Below are positions 36,739 to 49,823 of a stretch of DNA of 64,000 bases, piece by piece. Origin of the DNA: Oikopleura dioica (lineage: Eukaryota; Animalia; Chordata); contig OU015568.1 of assembly GCA_907165135.1 (NCBI GenBank), forward strand, positions 2,728,001-2,792,000, read 5' to 3'. Within the stretch, counting starts at the first letter, position 1. Each line of letters begins with the position of its first letter. The notes beneath the pieces were generated by a model. The model saw only the letters and a program-made list of their open reading frames with translations, made no database searches and was not told the origin of the DNA. The position numbers and the translations under genes are program-made.

Positions 36739-39700
36739 ATGGCGTTATACGATCCCGAGGCTGCGGGAAACGCCGCCCAGTACCTCCGACTCAAGCCCGA
36801 GGAACTTCTCGAGATCCGTAATGCTCCTTTTATCGGCCGAGATGCCGTCTGGGTTCCTAACAAAGAGCTTGGATATGTCAAAGGTGTCGTCCAAGGCCCT
36901 GGTGATAAACCCGGAACGAAAAAGGTGCAGTATGGAAAGGAAAACAAGGTGAAGGACTTTCCTGAAGAGCAAGTCGAGCCGCAAAATCCGCCAAAGTATG
37001 AGCTCCTCGAAGATATGGCTAACATGACTTATCTCTCCGAGGCTACTGTCATCAACAACCTGAACACTCGATATGAGAGATTCATGATTTACACCTACTC
37101 AGGTAAAACTTTCATCTCGCTCTGTAAATTAACGATTTGACCTAGGTTTGTTCTGTGTCACCGTCAATCCGTACAAATGGCTTCCCGTCTACGACAATCA
37201 TGTGGTCGGCTGCTACAAGGGCAAGCGACGAGATGAGATGCCCCCTCATGTCTTCTCTGTCTCCGACAACGCTTACAACAACATGATCATGAATCGCCAC
37301 AACCAATCGATGCTCATCACAGGCGAGTCTGGAGCCGGCAAAACCGTCAACACCAAACGAGTCATCCAGTACTTCGCGATCGTCGCCGCCCTTGGCGCTG
37401 ACAAAGACGCACCTTCTGATTCCGGAAAGAAGGGAACTCTAGAAGATCAGATCGTCGCCGCCAATCCTGCGATGGAAGCCTTCGGTAACGCGAAAACCAC
37501 GCGAAATGACAACTCATCCCGTTTTGGTAAATTTATTCGAATTCACTTCGGCCTTACTGGAAAACTCGCTTCTGGAGATATTGACACATATTTGCTCGAA
37601 AAATCACGAGTCATTTTCCAGATGAAGGCTGAACGAGATTTCCACATCTTCTACCAAATCTGTTCCGGCGGCAAACCTGAAATCAACGAGCTTCTTGTTG
37701 TCTCCAACGATCCGACAGAGTACAAATACTGCTCTCAAGGTGAAGTCAAGGTCAAATCCATCAACGATTCAGAAGAACTCAACGCTACCGATGAATCATT
37801 TGATATTCTCGGCTTCACTCAAGAAGAAAAAAATGCGATCTACATGATCACTGGCTCTATCATGCACTCTGGAAACATGCTCTTCAAGCAAAAACCGCGA
37901 GAAGAACAAGCTGAGCCTGATGGAACTGAGCACGCTGACAAGGCTTGCTACTTGATGGGCATCAATTCCAACGAGTACCTCAAAGCTTTTTGCAGCCCGA
38001 GAGTCAAAGTCGGCTCGGAGTACGTAACCAAGGGTCAAACTGTTGACCAAGTCTACTATGGACTCGGTGCTCTCTGCAAAGCTATCTTCGAGAAGCTCTT
38101 CAACTGGCTTGTCGGCGTCGTCAACCGAGCTCTTGCTACGAATCTCCCTCGAAACTTCTTCATCGGTATTCTCGACATTGCCGGATTCGAAATTTTTGAC
38201 AAAAACACCTTCGAACAGCTTTGCATCAATTACACAAACGAGCGGCTCCAGCAGTTTTTCAACCACCACATGTTCATTCTCGAACAGGAAGAGTACAAGC
38301 GAGAAGGAATCGACTGGGTCTTCATCGATTTCGGAATGGATCTTCAAGCTTGCATCGACTTGATTGAAAAGCCTCTCGGTATCATGTCCATCTTGGAGGA
38401 AGAATGCATGTTTCCCAAAGCTACCGATATGACTTACAAGGACAAACTCTACCAAACTCATCTCGGCAAAAATCCCAACTTCATGAAACCTCGACCTGGA
38501 GTCAAGCGAGTCTTTGAGGCTCATTTCGAACTAAAGCACTACGCTGGAATCGTCGGCTACAACGTTATTGACTGGCTCACTAAAAACAAGGATCCCCTTA
38601 ACAACTCTGTCGTTGCGTTGCTGAAAAAGTCAAGCCAGAAGGTGATGCACGAAATTTGGTCAACTTACATGTCTGCTGAAGATGCCATGGACCAGAAAAA
38701 AGCCGGAAAAGGTGGAAAACGGCAGAAAGGTGGTTCGTTCCAGACTGTTTCTGCTCTTCATCGAGAATCTCTCAACCGGCTGATTACAAATTTGAAATCG
38801 ACTGAGCCTCACTTTGTACGCTGCATCATCCCGAACGAGATCAAAAAGCCTGGCTACATGGATAACAACTTGGTCCTCCATCAGCTGCGATGTAACGGTG
38901 TGTTGGAAGGCATTCGAATCTGTCGAAAGGGCTTTCCTTCGCGAGTTGTCTACAATGAGTTTCTTCAGCGATACAAGATTCTCAACCCAAGCGTGGTTAC
39001 TGAGGATGAGCTTGATTCCAAGAAAATTTCTTCAAAGCTGATGAAAGACTTACCGATTTCCGTCGACAACTACAAGTTCGGCCACACCAAACTCTTCTTC
39101 AAAGCTGGTATCATCGGTCAGTTGGAAGACTTGCGAGACGATCGAGTTGCTGCCATCCTTACATCGATTCAAACCGAGATGCGATACAGACTGGCGCTCA
39201 AGACCTACCAGAAAATGGTGGAACGACGCGATGCGTTGGATACAATCCAGTCGAACATTCGCGCGTTCATGTATCTCAAAGACTGGGAGTGGATGAAGAT
39301 CATCTTCAAGATCAAACCACTCATTTCTCAGGCCGAGGATCAAAAAGCCCTCCAAAACCTCGAAAAAGAATTCGACGAGGTCAAGGCAAAGCTCGAAAAA
39401 GAAAAGAAGCGACGAGTCGAGCTCGAAGAACTTGAAATCAAAGTTCGCCAAGAGAAAAATGACCTGGAAGATCGACTCAAGGGGCAAAATGAACTTTTGA
39501 ACGAAGCCGAAGAGCGATGCGAAGCGCTAATCGAGCAAAAGATTGAGATCGATGGCCGTCTTCGGGAACTGCAGGAGCGACTTGAGGATGAAGAAGAAAT
39601 GAACAATGAAATGGTCGCGAAAAAGCGAAAACTCGAAGATGAGACTTCCGAGTTGAAAAAAGACATTGATGAAATCGAAGTCGCCCTGGCAAAGATCGAG

Positions 39701-42677
39701 AAAGAAAAACATGCGACCGAGAATAAACTGAAAAATCTCCAGGAAGAACAGCAACTTCTTGATGAAAAAATTCTCGGTTATCAAAAAGAGATCAAGGGTA
39801 TTTCAGAAGCGGCAAAGGCAGCCTTGGCAGACTTGCAAGTTGAGGAAGAGAAAGTCACTTCTATGACGAGAATGAAAGCGAAGCTCGAGGCCCAAGTCGA
39901 CGATCTAGAAATCACACTCGATAACGAGAAGAAGACGCGTCAAGACATGGAGCGAGCAAAGAGAAAGCTCGAAGGTGACATTCGATTGGCTCAAGAAAAC
40001 ATCATGGATCTAGAAACCGACAAGCAAGGTCACGAGGAAGCGCTCAAAAAGGCCGAATTCGACATCAGCCAGAACAACATGAAATTCGAAGACGAGCAAA
40101 ACAACTCATCAAGCTTGCAGAAGAAAATCAAAGAGCTCCAAGGGCGCGTTGAGGAAATCGAAGAAGAGCTAGAATCCGAGCGAAATGGGCGAGCACGCTC
40201 TGAGAAAACCAAGAACGATCTGTCTCGCGAACTTGAGGAGCTTTCTGAAAGACTCGAAGAAGCTGGCGGAGCGACTCAAGCACAAGCGGAGCTCAACAAG
40301 CGCCGCGACGCAGAAGTCATCAAGGCCCGAAGAGCCATTGAAGAGCAAAACCTGGGCCACGAAACGGCGATGAATCTGCTGCGAAAGAAACAGGGCGATC
40401 AGAGCGTATCACTCAATGAAACTGCCGAGGGTCTTGTCCGAACAAAACAAAAGCTTGAAAAGGAAAAGTCTGAAATGCGAACGGAAATTGATGACATGCA
40501 AAGCAATGTCGAGCAGTTGACCAAGTCCAAGTTAAACTTTGAGAGGCAGATTCGATCCTACGAGGAAAACAAGAGTGACGTCGGTACAAAGTACGAAGCC
40601 AACAAGCGAATCTTGTCCGAACTCGCCATTGAGAAAACCAAGCGAGACAAGGAGGTTGCTGATTTGAAGCGGCGAATTGAAGAACTCGACGCGAACAACA
40701 GCCAGATTCTCCGATCCAAGTCTAACAGCCAACAGCAACTTGATGATCTCAAGCGAAATTTGGACGAAGAGCAAAAGGCGAAGGCCGCTCTTGCCCAAGA
40801 GCTTGCCAACCAGAAGAGAGATAATGACATGCTCCGAGAACAGATCGAAGACGAGCAAGAAGGAAAATCTGAAGTTGGCCGAACTCTTGGAAAATCCAAC
40901 AACGAAGTCAATGTCTGGCGAAACAAGTACGAGGTTGACGCGATTCAGCGAACGGAAGAACTGGAAGAGGCGAAGAAAAAACTCGTTGGAAAGGTTCAAA
41001 CTTCTGAGGAACATTTGGAAACGATCCAGGCGAAGGCCGCTTCTCTCGAAAAGACAAAGATCCGACTTTTGGGAGAGGTAGAAGACCTGACTGCTGAATT
41101 AGAGCGAGCTCAGGCGCACGCGGCTAATTTGGACAAAAAGCAACGTAACTTTGATAAACTTCTCGCCGAACACAAGTGCAAGATTGAAGAGCTTACTGTG
41201 GACCTAGCTGCTGCGCAAAAAGAACTGCGAGAAAACGACGGTGAATTATTCACGCTGAAGAACGCCACCGACGAGGCACTTGATCAACTTGAATCTGCTC
41301 GACGAGAGAAAAAGATTCTCGAGGAAGAAGTCGCCGACGCTCAAGATCAACTCCACGAAGCTCAAAAGGTCATTCACGAGCTTGAAAAGTCCAAACGAGC
41401 CAGCGACTCTCGTCGAACAACTCTCCAGACTCAAATTGAAGAGTGCGAGGCTCAAATTGAAGCGGAAGAAAACAAAGTTATCCGGCTGCAAGTAGAACTC
41501 AACCAGCGCAAACAAGAACTCGATCGAAAATGTGCCGAAAAAGACGAAGAAGCTGACAATGTACGCCGCAATGGTCAAAGAACCATCGAAACTCTTCAGG
41601 CGCAGCTTGATTCTGAGATCAAAGCTCGAGGCGAAGCCGTTCGCCAGCGAAAGAAAATGGAAACTGACTACTCCGATCTGGAAATTCAGCAGAAAAATGC
41701 CGCGCGACAAGCCGACGAGGCTCATCGAAACATCAAAACACTCCAGCAAGACCTCAAAGAAAAACTCAACAAGCTTGATGATGTCTCCCGAGCGCAAGAA
41801 GATCTGACTGAAAACTTGGCCGTCAGCGAGCGGCGCATCCAGCTTCAATCTGCCGAGATCGACGAGTTGAGAGCCGTGGTTGAGCAAGCTGAGCGAACTC
41901 GAAAACAAGCGGAGTCTGAACTTCTTGAGACCAGCGAGCGAGCTTCCATGCTTCACGTTCAAAACACCGCCCTTATCAACCAGAAAAAGAAGGTCGAGCA
42001 GAGTCTTGACGTCTTGCGAACTGAGGCTGAGGAAACTATGACCGCTGCAATCGAAACTGAGGATAAGGCGAAGCAGGCGCTAACCGAGGCAGCTATCATG
42101 GCCGAAGAACTCCGAAAAGAACAAGATCAGGTCAACCATCTCCATCGAATGAAAAAGAACATGGAAACACAAGTCAAGGAGCTGCAGCACCGACTTGATG
42201 AAGCTGAGCAGGTTATGCTCAAGGTGAGATTTATAAATCATCCGATTCTGATCTGATTTTCAAGGGCGGAAAACGACTGGTCAAGAAGATGGAAAGCAAG
42301 GTCTCCGAACTTGAGTCGGAGCTTGAAACCGAAACAAAGGTAAGTGTCAAAATGAAACGAATAAATGTATTTTCAATCTTTTCTAGAAAAACGCCGAGGT
42401 TATCAAAGCCCAGCGCAAGATCGACCGACGACTCAAAGAAGTAATTTACCAAGCTGAAGAAGACAAAAAGTCCGTCAACCGACTCCAGGATCTCGTCGAC
42501 AAGCTCACTGCTAAGTCCAAGAACTACAAGGTCCAAGCCGAAGAAGCCGAAGAAAATGCCTCGATCAACCTCGGACGATACCGAAAGATCCAGCACGAGG
42601 TTGATGAAGCTCGAGAGCGAGCCGAGATTGCTGAGAATAATCTCAACAAGATTCGACTTCAGCACACTTCTAAATAA
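36739..42677 (+). CDS. MYH: Class II (sarcomeric-type) myosin heavy chain
   Basis: P-loop [42 protein letters not shown], coiled-coil rod. Exons ~36739-37102, 37147-42223, 42261-42339, 42386-42677. Confidence 0.97.
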
Positions 42678-43348
42678 TTATTTCTTACTTTCTTTAATAA
42701 ATATCGCGTTTCTTGAATCAAGAAAAAATTTCGTCTCTTCTGTAAAAAAACTGATAATTTGCATCTCATTCCGCAAAACATGTTGAATTTTGAGTGTTCT
42801 CTCTTCATTTTAGGGAGAAATTCGAGAGTAAGGTACTTACTTCGGTCGTTCTAAAAGGCTTTTCGCACGAACATCAACCTACAATTTGGAACCTCTTGCT
42901 TTATAAAGAGGCGTCTTGCTGTTCTTGTATTTAGATCTTGTTCACGAAGGCAGAAATCAGCGGAAAATGAAGTTATTTTAAATAACTTATTTACTAAATA
43001 CCTAAGGTAATTTACATCAGCTTTAAGCTGGCTAAGAATTTAGAAGATCACTTTTACCTCTTTTCTAACATTGAAATGAGTATTTTTTACAAACAACAAT
43101 TGCATGGTGAAAATACTCTGGATTGCTTTTTTTGTTTTAGAAAAAGCTGCTTACATGACTGGCTTTCTATCATGCTTCCGCAACAAAAACTTGTTACGAG
43201 AGATAATTTGTAATCCAAAACGACGATTAATTCATAAAAATAACTAGATGGCGCCTTTTTGCTTTAGAAGGAACTCTTTATAAAGAACTCTTTTTCCTCT
43301 GCCCGCATTTTAATTTCAACAAGAGAACCAAGAGACTGATTTCAAATA

Positions 43349-43926
43349 ATGAAAATTTTCAGGTAATTTTGAAAGATATATTTTTTTCTTCATTAATTGA
43401 GCCTAGGGCCTGTCCTATTTTGACGGCTGCACTTGCTGTGAGATTTGAATTCGGGGGACAAGGTTACAATCAGCTCGACGCTAAGGCAAGATGCGAGGAG
43501 CGTGGTGGCACACTGCCCTATTTCAACAACGAAGCCGAATACGAGCAATACCTGGAAGCCTACTACGAGGACAGTCCAAAGTGGAACAGACGAGTTTGGC
43601 TTGGCTACGAGCGAGTTCCTGGAACTGATACGTTCGTAGCTCCAAACGGCCAAACGGAGAATTTATTCTTCGATTGGCATTCGGGCGAGCCAAATAATGC
43701 AAACTACAACGGAGGAACGCATATTAACCCAACCTTCGCACCTCCGAAAGACCCCGATGCACCTTGGGGGACCAAAAAGCAAAGAAATAAATGGCCAAAG
43801 GGGGAGAATTGCGTTGAAATTTCTTCTTGGGGCCGCAATAAAAGAGGCATGGGAACCTACAAGATGAACGACAACAACTGTAGAAGACCCCGCTACTTTC
43901 TCTGCAGATTCGAAGACGAAGTTTAA
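43349..43926 (+). CDS. Secreted C-type lectin (EPN motif) with a loop insertion
   Basis: Spliced MKIFR/ACPILTAALA signal; ARCEERGGTL, VWLGY, WHSGEPNN, ENCVEI, MNDNNC. Confidence 0.88.
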
Positions 43927-44044
43927 GTCGTCAGAAATGCTCGATTTCTCCGATAATTATGCAAAATCATAAATAATCGTTTCACCTAACAGAATTAATA
44001 AAAATACAAATGAAAATTAATTTTGTGATTTTTTATTTAATAAT

Positions 44045-45470
44045 TTAATCCGCAAGGTCTTTCGCTGCTCGAATGCATTTTATGCATTCTATCAGTTTTA
44101 AGAAGAGCTCTCCAATTTGAGTGAATAGTACTAGACTAGCTCGGACCCATTCGTCGGGATGCCATGATTCTTCTCCATCGTTTACGATATCATTAAGCGT
44201 CTTCCATAGGAGAATAACGATTGTAAAAACGATGAAAGCACTATAAAAAGTCAATTGCGGATTGTTGTGGTTTTTCAGCCTACCAGAGGAAACAGCAGTA
44301 CCACTCCAGGGGCATGATCCACATTCCGATAAAAGTGCAAGGAAAGAGCAGGATGCAGAAGATTATCGCTACTCGTTTTTGTGCCTTCAGTGGGTCTTTA
44401 AGAATTTATTAAAGAGAGTGAAGATAACTCATTTTTACCTCTCTTGCAGAGTGTGAGAAGCAATCCGATACCAATGACCACCAAAATGATTAAAATAGCA
44501 ACGAGCATACTTCCGGCGGCTCGACCAACGCATCTGTCAGCAAGGGTGCATGAACCAAGGGGCTGTCCCCAACACGCGTACTCTTAATTATTTAAATTCA
44601 ATTAAAAGCCTCTTTATTTCATCACATACTCTCTTGCTTTCTGATCTCCTTGTGGCAATAGACTTTCTTTCCGTTTACTTTTATATAGCCACCAAGTGCC
44701 CAAAGATTCGCAGCGACCGCATAAGCAAGTGACATAATTGTTGTCCAGGTAAGTAATGTGATGATATTACAGGGACGTTGTTTGGTTAACGTGTCTGATA
44801 GATAGATTACTCCACCAACGACTGGCATGAGCGGAATGAAGAAGTAGTACATCCATTTTTGGTAGTAGTAGATGTTGTAGGCAATGTTGTAGTCGAAGAG
44901 GAAAAGAAAAGTGAAGCCCATCATGACTGTCATCATGAGAAAGACTGACATGAGCACTTTCATGGTGAAGGAGCGTCTTGATACCTCGTCGAAGCCTACT
45001 GCTTCAATTTCGTGCTCGCTTTCTTCTTCACATTTTTCAAGATCTTCTTCGTTTTCTTCCTCTTCTGGCTCCTCTTCCTCTTCGCATATCTCTTGCTCCT
45101 CTGGTTCTGGTTCCGGCTCTTCTTCTTTCTTTTCTTCTACTGGAGGTGCTGGAGCGGCTGGTGGAGCAACGATGATTACTGTTGGAGGTAGAGCTACTGG
45201 CTGCGGATGATATTGAGGTGGCGCAACGGGATGATATTGGGGAGGAGGAGGCGGTGGCTGAGGATACGGTTGTGTTTGAGGATAAGCTGGTTGTTGATGC
45301 TCTGGGTAGGGATTTGGCAAAGTTGGAGGAGGAACTGGAGCCGGAATTGGCACTGGCTCCGGAATCGGGACTGGCACTGGGTCTGGGAGAGGAAGTGGCT
45401 CTGCAATCGGGGCCACATCCTCTGGTTTGACGACATTTATCTCAACGGAGATTTTGTTCGACTTCATCAC
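44045..45470 (-). CDS. Lifeguard/TMBIM (Bax inhibitor-1 family) membrane protein with Pro-rich and acidic N-terminus
   Basis: GFDEVSRRSFTMKV, KQRPCNIITLLT, several TM segments, C-terminal SWHPDEWVRASLVLF (cf. SPEEYIFAALNLY). Confidence 0.75.
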
Positions 45471-45780
45471 GAAAAACTTTTTTGTTTCTGGCGTGAGAAT
45501 CCCTCGATCTTTGGAATATATGCAGTTCTTCGAGGACGGTCATATTTGGCAAGCAGTAAATGGACGTTCGTTACCTAGTTTCGGCATTGGAAATTTATCT
45601 TGGAAATGATGACTTGGTGATTTTCCTACTCTTTCCTACTGGAAAAGATAGAAAGAATCTGAAATTCGTCACTTTGAAAGGGAAAATGATGACTTTTATT
45701 AATGAAAATCTGCAAAAACAAAAAAAACTATTTGCTTATTTATCATTTATTTCAACAAAACAACAGTCAAAAAGGCGGAG

Positions 45781-47669
45781 CTATAAATTGAACATTACAA
45801 TTCTTCTATCTGTCGGACTCCAATTCTCTTCCGCCGAAGAAATATTCGGACTCAGCAAAACATCTTTTCTGTAACCGAATATCTTCATCAGGACTTTGCA
45901 TCTTGCTTCAATTTGCGAAATCTCCGTGGCATTGAATTTCTCAGCGTCGAGCCCTTTTTTCCAGCCGTCAAAAAGCTCGGCTTCTGTTTTTCCTTTGTTG
46001 ATACTAAAGAAGGATTTTCTTACTTATAAGATTGTTAACACAAGATCTTAAAATATAACAACTTAACAATTTTCCAATCTCTCCTGAATGTGTTGCTTCA
46101 TAAAACTTTTCAACAAACTCTTTGCTCATCTCGACATCAAGCTTCTTATAAATCTGGGCTGTCAGTTCAGCCGGAAATCTGGATATATCTTCATAGCGAA
46201 CAAAAATGACATTTTGAGCAATTTTGGAATCAAGGAAGAAATCAAGTGTTTTTTCGCAATCGTCGAATACTTTCTCGACAGTCTGCTCGGCCTTGTAAAA
46301 ACTCCTTAATTTTCGCCTTGATAAGAGCATGCTTCTTGGATCCCGGACGAGTCGGATGATTTTCAAATTGATTTTTGGCTTCAATAGGTGATAAAGATCC
46401 TCCGGACCGTCCAGACGAAATTCTTTTATTGCGACGCCTTTTTTCTCGCCGCAGAACCGGATAAGTTTTTCTTTTCCTACTTCGGTTTTAAACGGGTCGG
46501 AGCAGTTTTTGCACCACATCTTTGCTTCTTGACAAAACGGCGGGCTGCAAAGCGTTTCTGAACCGAGCCAATGGCCAATAGTGTGAGAAAATTGAACACG
46601 ATCTTTTGGGTTGTTTTTGCGATTTCTTGGCACTTGACAACTGTAGGCTTCCTCGAGGATTTCTCGGCGTTCTGTTAGACTTCCGGTTAGAGGCTCGAAA
46701 TACTTTCATTATGGCTTTGAAGGGGTAAGATAATTTAAGAAAGAGATTTATAAAAAGCCTTTCATAAAGAAAATCGGGATTCTGGTCAAAAATTGAGCCA
46801 AGAAACGAAGACCCAGAACGGAAGGAAGCTGAAATATAAATATTCTTTCTTAAAGTTCGCTCATCCACCATAAACCCCGTCGAAGAGATGATGAAGTCAG
46901 AGATCTCTTTTGTTTTCCAAGAATACAATCCAATAAAAGGTATCTTTCAAAGATTTGAAATTTCTCTTGAAAAAAATGTCTCAATACTGTTCAAATCAAT
47001 TCCAAAAGAAACATAAAAAGAAAACAATGTTCAGACGTCATTTCTCGAAGTGCGACAATCTTTGATGCTAATCGACAGAAATGTTGGCAAAAAATGGCAG
47101 CTTTTATAGCTAAGTTAACTGTCTCTGAACTGCGGACATAAACCAGGATGAATAAAAAATAATTTAAGGTAAAGTAAGCATGACGGTCAAATATGGGCGA
47201 CGTTTTTCAAGAATGGTTCTCTGGAAGTTTGATTTTTGCCTGACCAACTTGAACTCTCTTACGCTTCGATATGAATTCGATTTTCTCTATCATAATTTTT
47301 TTGATATGACCAGTACTCCGAAAAATCATTTTTCCGGAATCTGATTTGAACAAATACTGCCTTGTTATTCAAGATTGCTCGAAAAAATATTTTCAAATCC
47401 TTTCCAAAAGAAAAACCAAGGAAAAAAATTTTGGAGTAATCTGTTGAGACGTCATCTCTGAAAGTTCGAATATAACCTACCTTTCGACCAAACACGTCGT
47501 TCATAAAATAGGCGCAATAAAAATTTATTACTTTGGCCCGTTGATACTTTTGCCCAGTCTGAACAACCTGAGCGAATATTAAGAAAAGTACTGTTTTGAT
47601 AACGTTACCTGTAATGATACGTGTTTTAATCCCAAACGAAAGTTTTTGCTGTTGTGGTATTTGATACAC
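45781..47669 (-). CDS. Carbohydrate (Gal/GlcNAc/GalNAc-6-O) sulfotransferase, copy 1
   Basis: 5'-PSB motif IYISASFRSGSSFLGSIFDQNPDFLY/YFEPL; 3'-PB motif KIIRLVRDPRS; FVRYED. 5' end approximate. Confidence 0.85.
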
Positions 47670-47838
47670 AAATTTTATACATATTATACACTCGCCAAAA
47701 AACCCTTTTCCAGAAAGAATCTGAAATTCGTCATTTTGAAAGGGAAAATGATGATTTTTATTTACGAGAATTTATATAAACAGAATAACTTACTCATTTA
47801 TCATTTATAACTTAAAACGATCAGTCAAGAAGGCGGAA

Positions 47839-49768
47839 CTAAAAATTTACGGTTACAATTCTTCTATCGCTCGGACTCCAATTCTTTTCGGCCGAAGAAA
47901 TATTCTGACTCAGCAAACCATCTCTTCTGTAGCCGAATATTTTCATCAGAACTTTGCATCTTGCTTCAATTTGTGAAATCTCCGTGGCATTAAATTTCCC
48001 AGCGTCGAGCCCTTTTTTCCATCCGTCAAAAAGCTCGGCTTCTGTTTTTTCTTTATTGATACTGAAGGAGGTTTTTTTCACTCATAAGATTGTGAACAGA
48101 TGATTATTGAAGACCTATCATCATTACCACTTTATATTTATTCAATCTTTTCCTGAATGCGTCGCTTCATAAAAGTTGGTTGAGAACTCTTTGCTCATTT
48201 CGACATCAAGTTTCTTATAAATCTGAGCTGTTACTTCAGCCGGAAATCTTGATATATCTTCATAGCGAACAAAAATGACATATTTAGCAATTTTGGAATC
48301 AAGGAAGAAATCAAGTGTCTTTTCGCAATCGTCGAATACTTTGTCGACGGCCTGCTCGGCTTTGTATACTTTGCTTAGTTTTCGCCTTGATAAGAACATG
48401 CTTCTTGGATCTCGCACAAGTCGGATGATTTTCAAATTGATCTCTGGCTTCAATAAGTGATAAAGATCCTCCGGACCGTGCAGACGAAATTCTTTTATTG
48501 CGACGCCTTTTTTCTCGCCACAGAATTGAATAAGTTTTTCTTTTCCAACTTTGGTTTTGAATGGGTCCGGGCATTTCTGGCACCACATCTTTGCTTCTTG
48601 ACAAAATGGCGGGCTGCAAAGCGTTTCTGATCCGTACCAGTGGCCGATAGTGTGAGACAATTGAACACGATCTCTTGGGTTGTCCTTGCGATTTCTAGGG
48701 AGTTGGCAACTGTAGGCTTCTTCGAGAATTTCTCGGCGTTCTGTAAGACTTCCCGTTAGCGGCTCAAAATACTTATCATGGCTTTTGAGACCGAATAAGA
48801 TGAGTCTGATAATGGGTTTTTTAATCAAAAGTAAGGGGGGTTCTGAAAAGCCTTTCATATAGAAAATCAGGATTCTGGTCAAAAATAGAGCCAAGAAACG
48901 AAGAACCAGATCGGAAAGACGCTGAAATATAAATATTCTTTCTTGAAGTTCGTTCATCAAGCGTAAACCCTGTCGAGGAGATGATGAAGTCGGAGATCTC
49001 TTTCGTTTTCCAAGAATACAGTCCTATGAAGGGTATCTTTTAAAGATTTGAAATTGTCAATTTCTCTTGAAGAAAAAGCAGAATAATGTTCAAATCAATT
49101 CCAAAAGAAAAATTGGGAGGTAACAATGCTTATGCTTAGACGACATCTCTCTAAATGCGACAATTTTTGTAATAATTGACAGAAGTGCTGGCTAACAAAT
49201 GGCAGCAAAAATGCTCTTGACTTATGCGGACGTATATCAAGATAAATGAAAATAATTGAGGGTAAAGTAAGCATGACGGTGAGACCTGGTCGAAGAATGG
49301 TTCTCTAAAGTAAAAATTTGATTTTTGCCTGACAAATTTCCATTCTCTCTCTTGCTTCGAAATGAAGTAGATATTCTCTATCATACTTGTCTCGGCCATG
49401 GAAAGTTTATTTTCACGACTTTTAGCGGACGTCTGGAGATAGAAATAATTGATATCATATCAGCACGTGTGAAATCATTTTTCTGGAATCTGATTTGAAC
49501 AAATATTTCCTTGTCATTCAAGATCGCTTATTAACAGTAAGTTCAAATCATATAACCAAAGCCTTTGGTGCAAAGGAAAAAATTTTGGATAAATTTGTCC
49601 CCGGTCAAGACCAATTTGAGTCATTTGTTTATTTATAATTATATTCGTATGTACAGATAAAGCAACGATTACATAATAGAAAGAAACAGAAATATTTTTA
49701 CTTATATTTTTCCAATTTTTCTTGAAGTTTTTTGATTTGAATCGCTCTCTCTGCATTATGCAATGCAT
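47839..49768 (-). CDS. Carbohydrate sulfotransferase, copy 2 (tandem duplicate, ~2.06-kb offset)
   Basis: Same motifs as copy 1 (SASFRSGSSFLG, YFEPL, LVRDPRS, VRYED); 5' exons more divergent and start uncertain. Confidence 0.75.
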
Positions 49769-49823
49769 TTTTATCGAAGCTCGATTGTTGGACAGCTTTG
49801 AGGTCCTTATTCGCCCGTGAAAC

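Noticed and set aside
37796-42665. Minus-strand ORFs up to 242 aa over the myosin gene
   Set aside because: Antisense shadows caused by codon bias of the coiled-coil rod.
42814-42832. AG...GT-bounded 19-nt segment after the myosin stop as an alternative C-terminal exon
   Set aside because: No usable donor found upstream of the 42675 stop; unsupported without transcripts.
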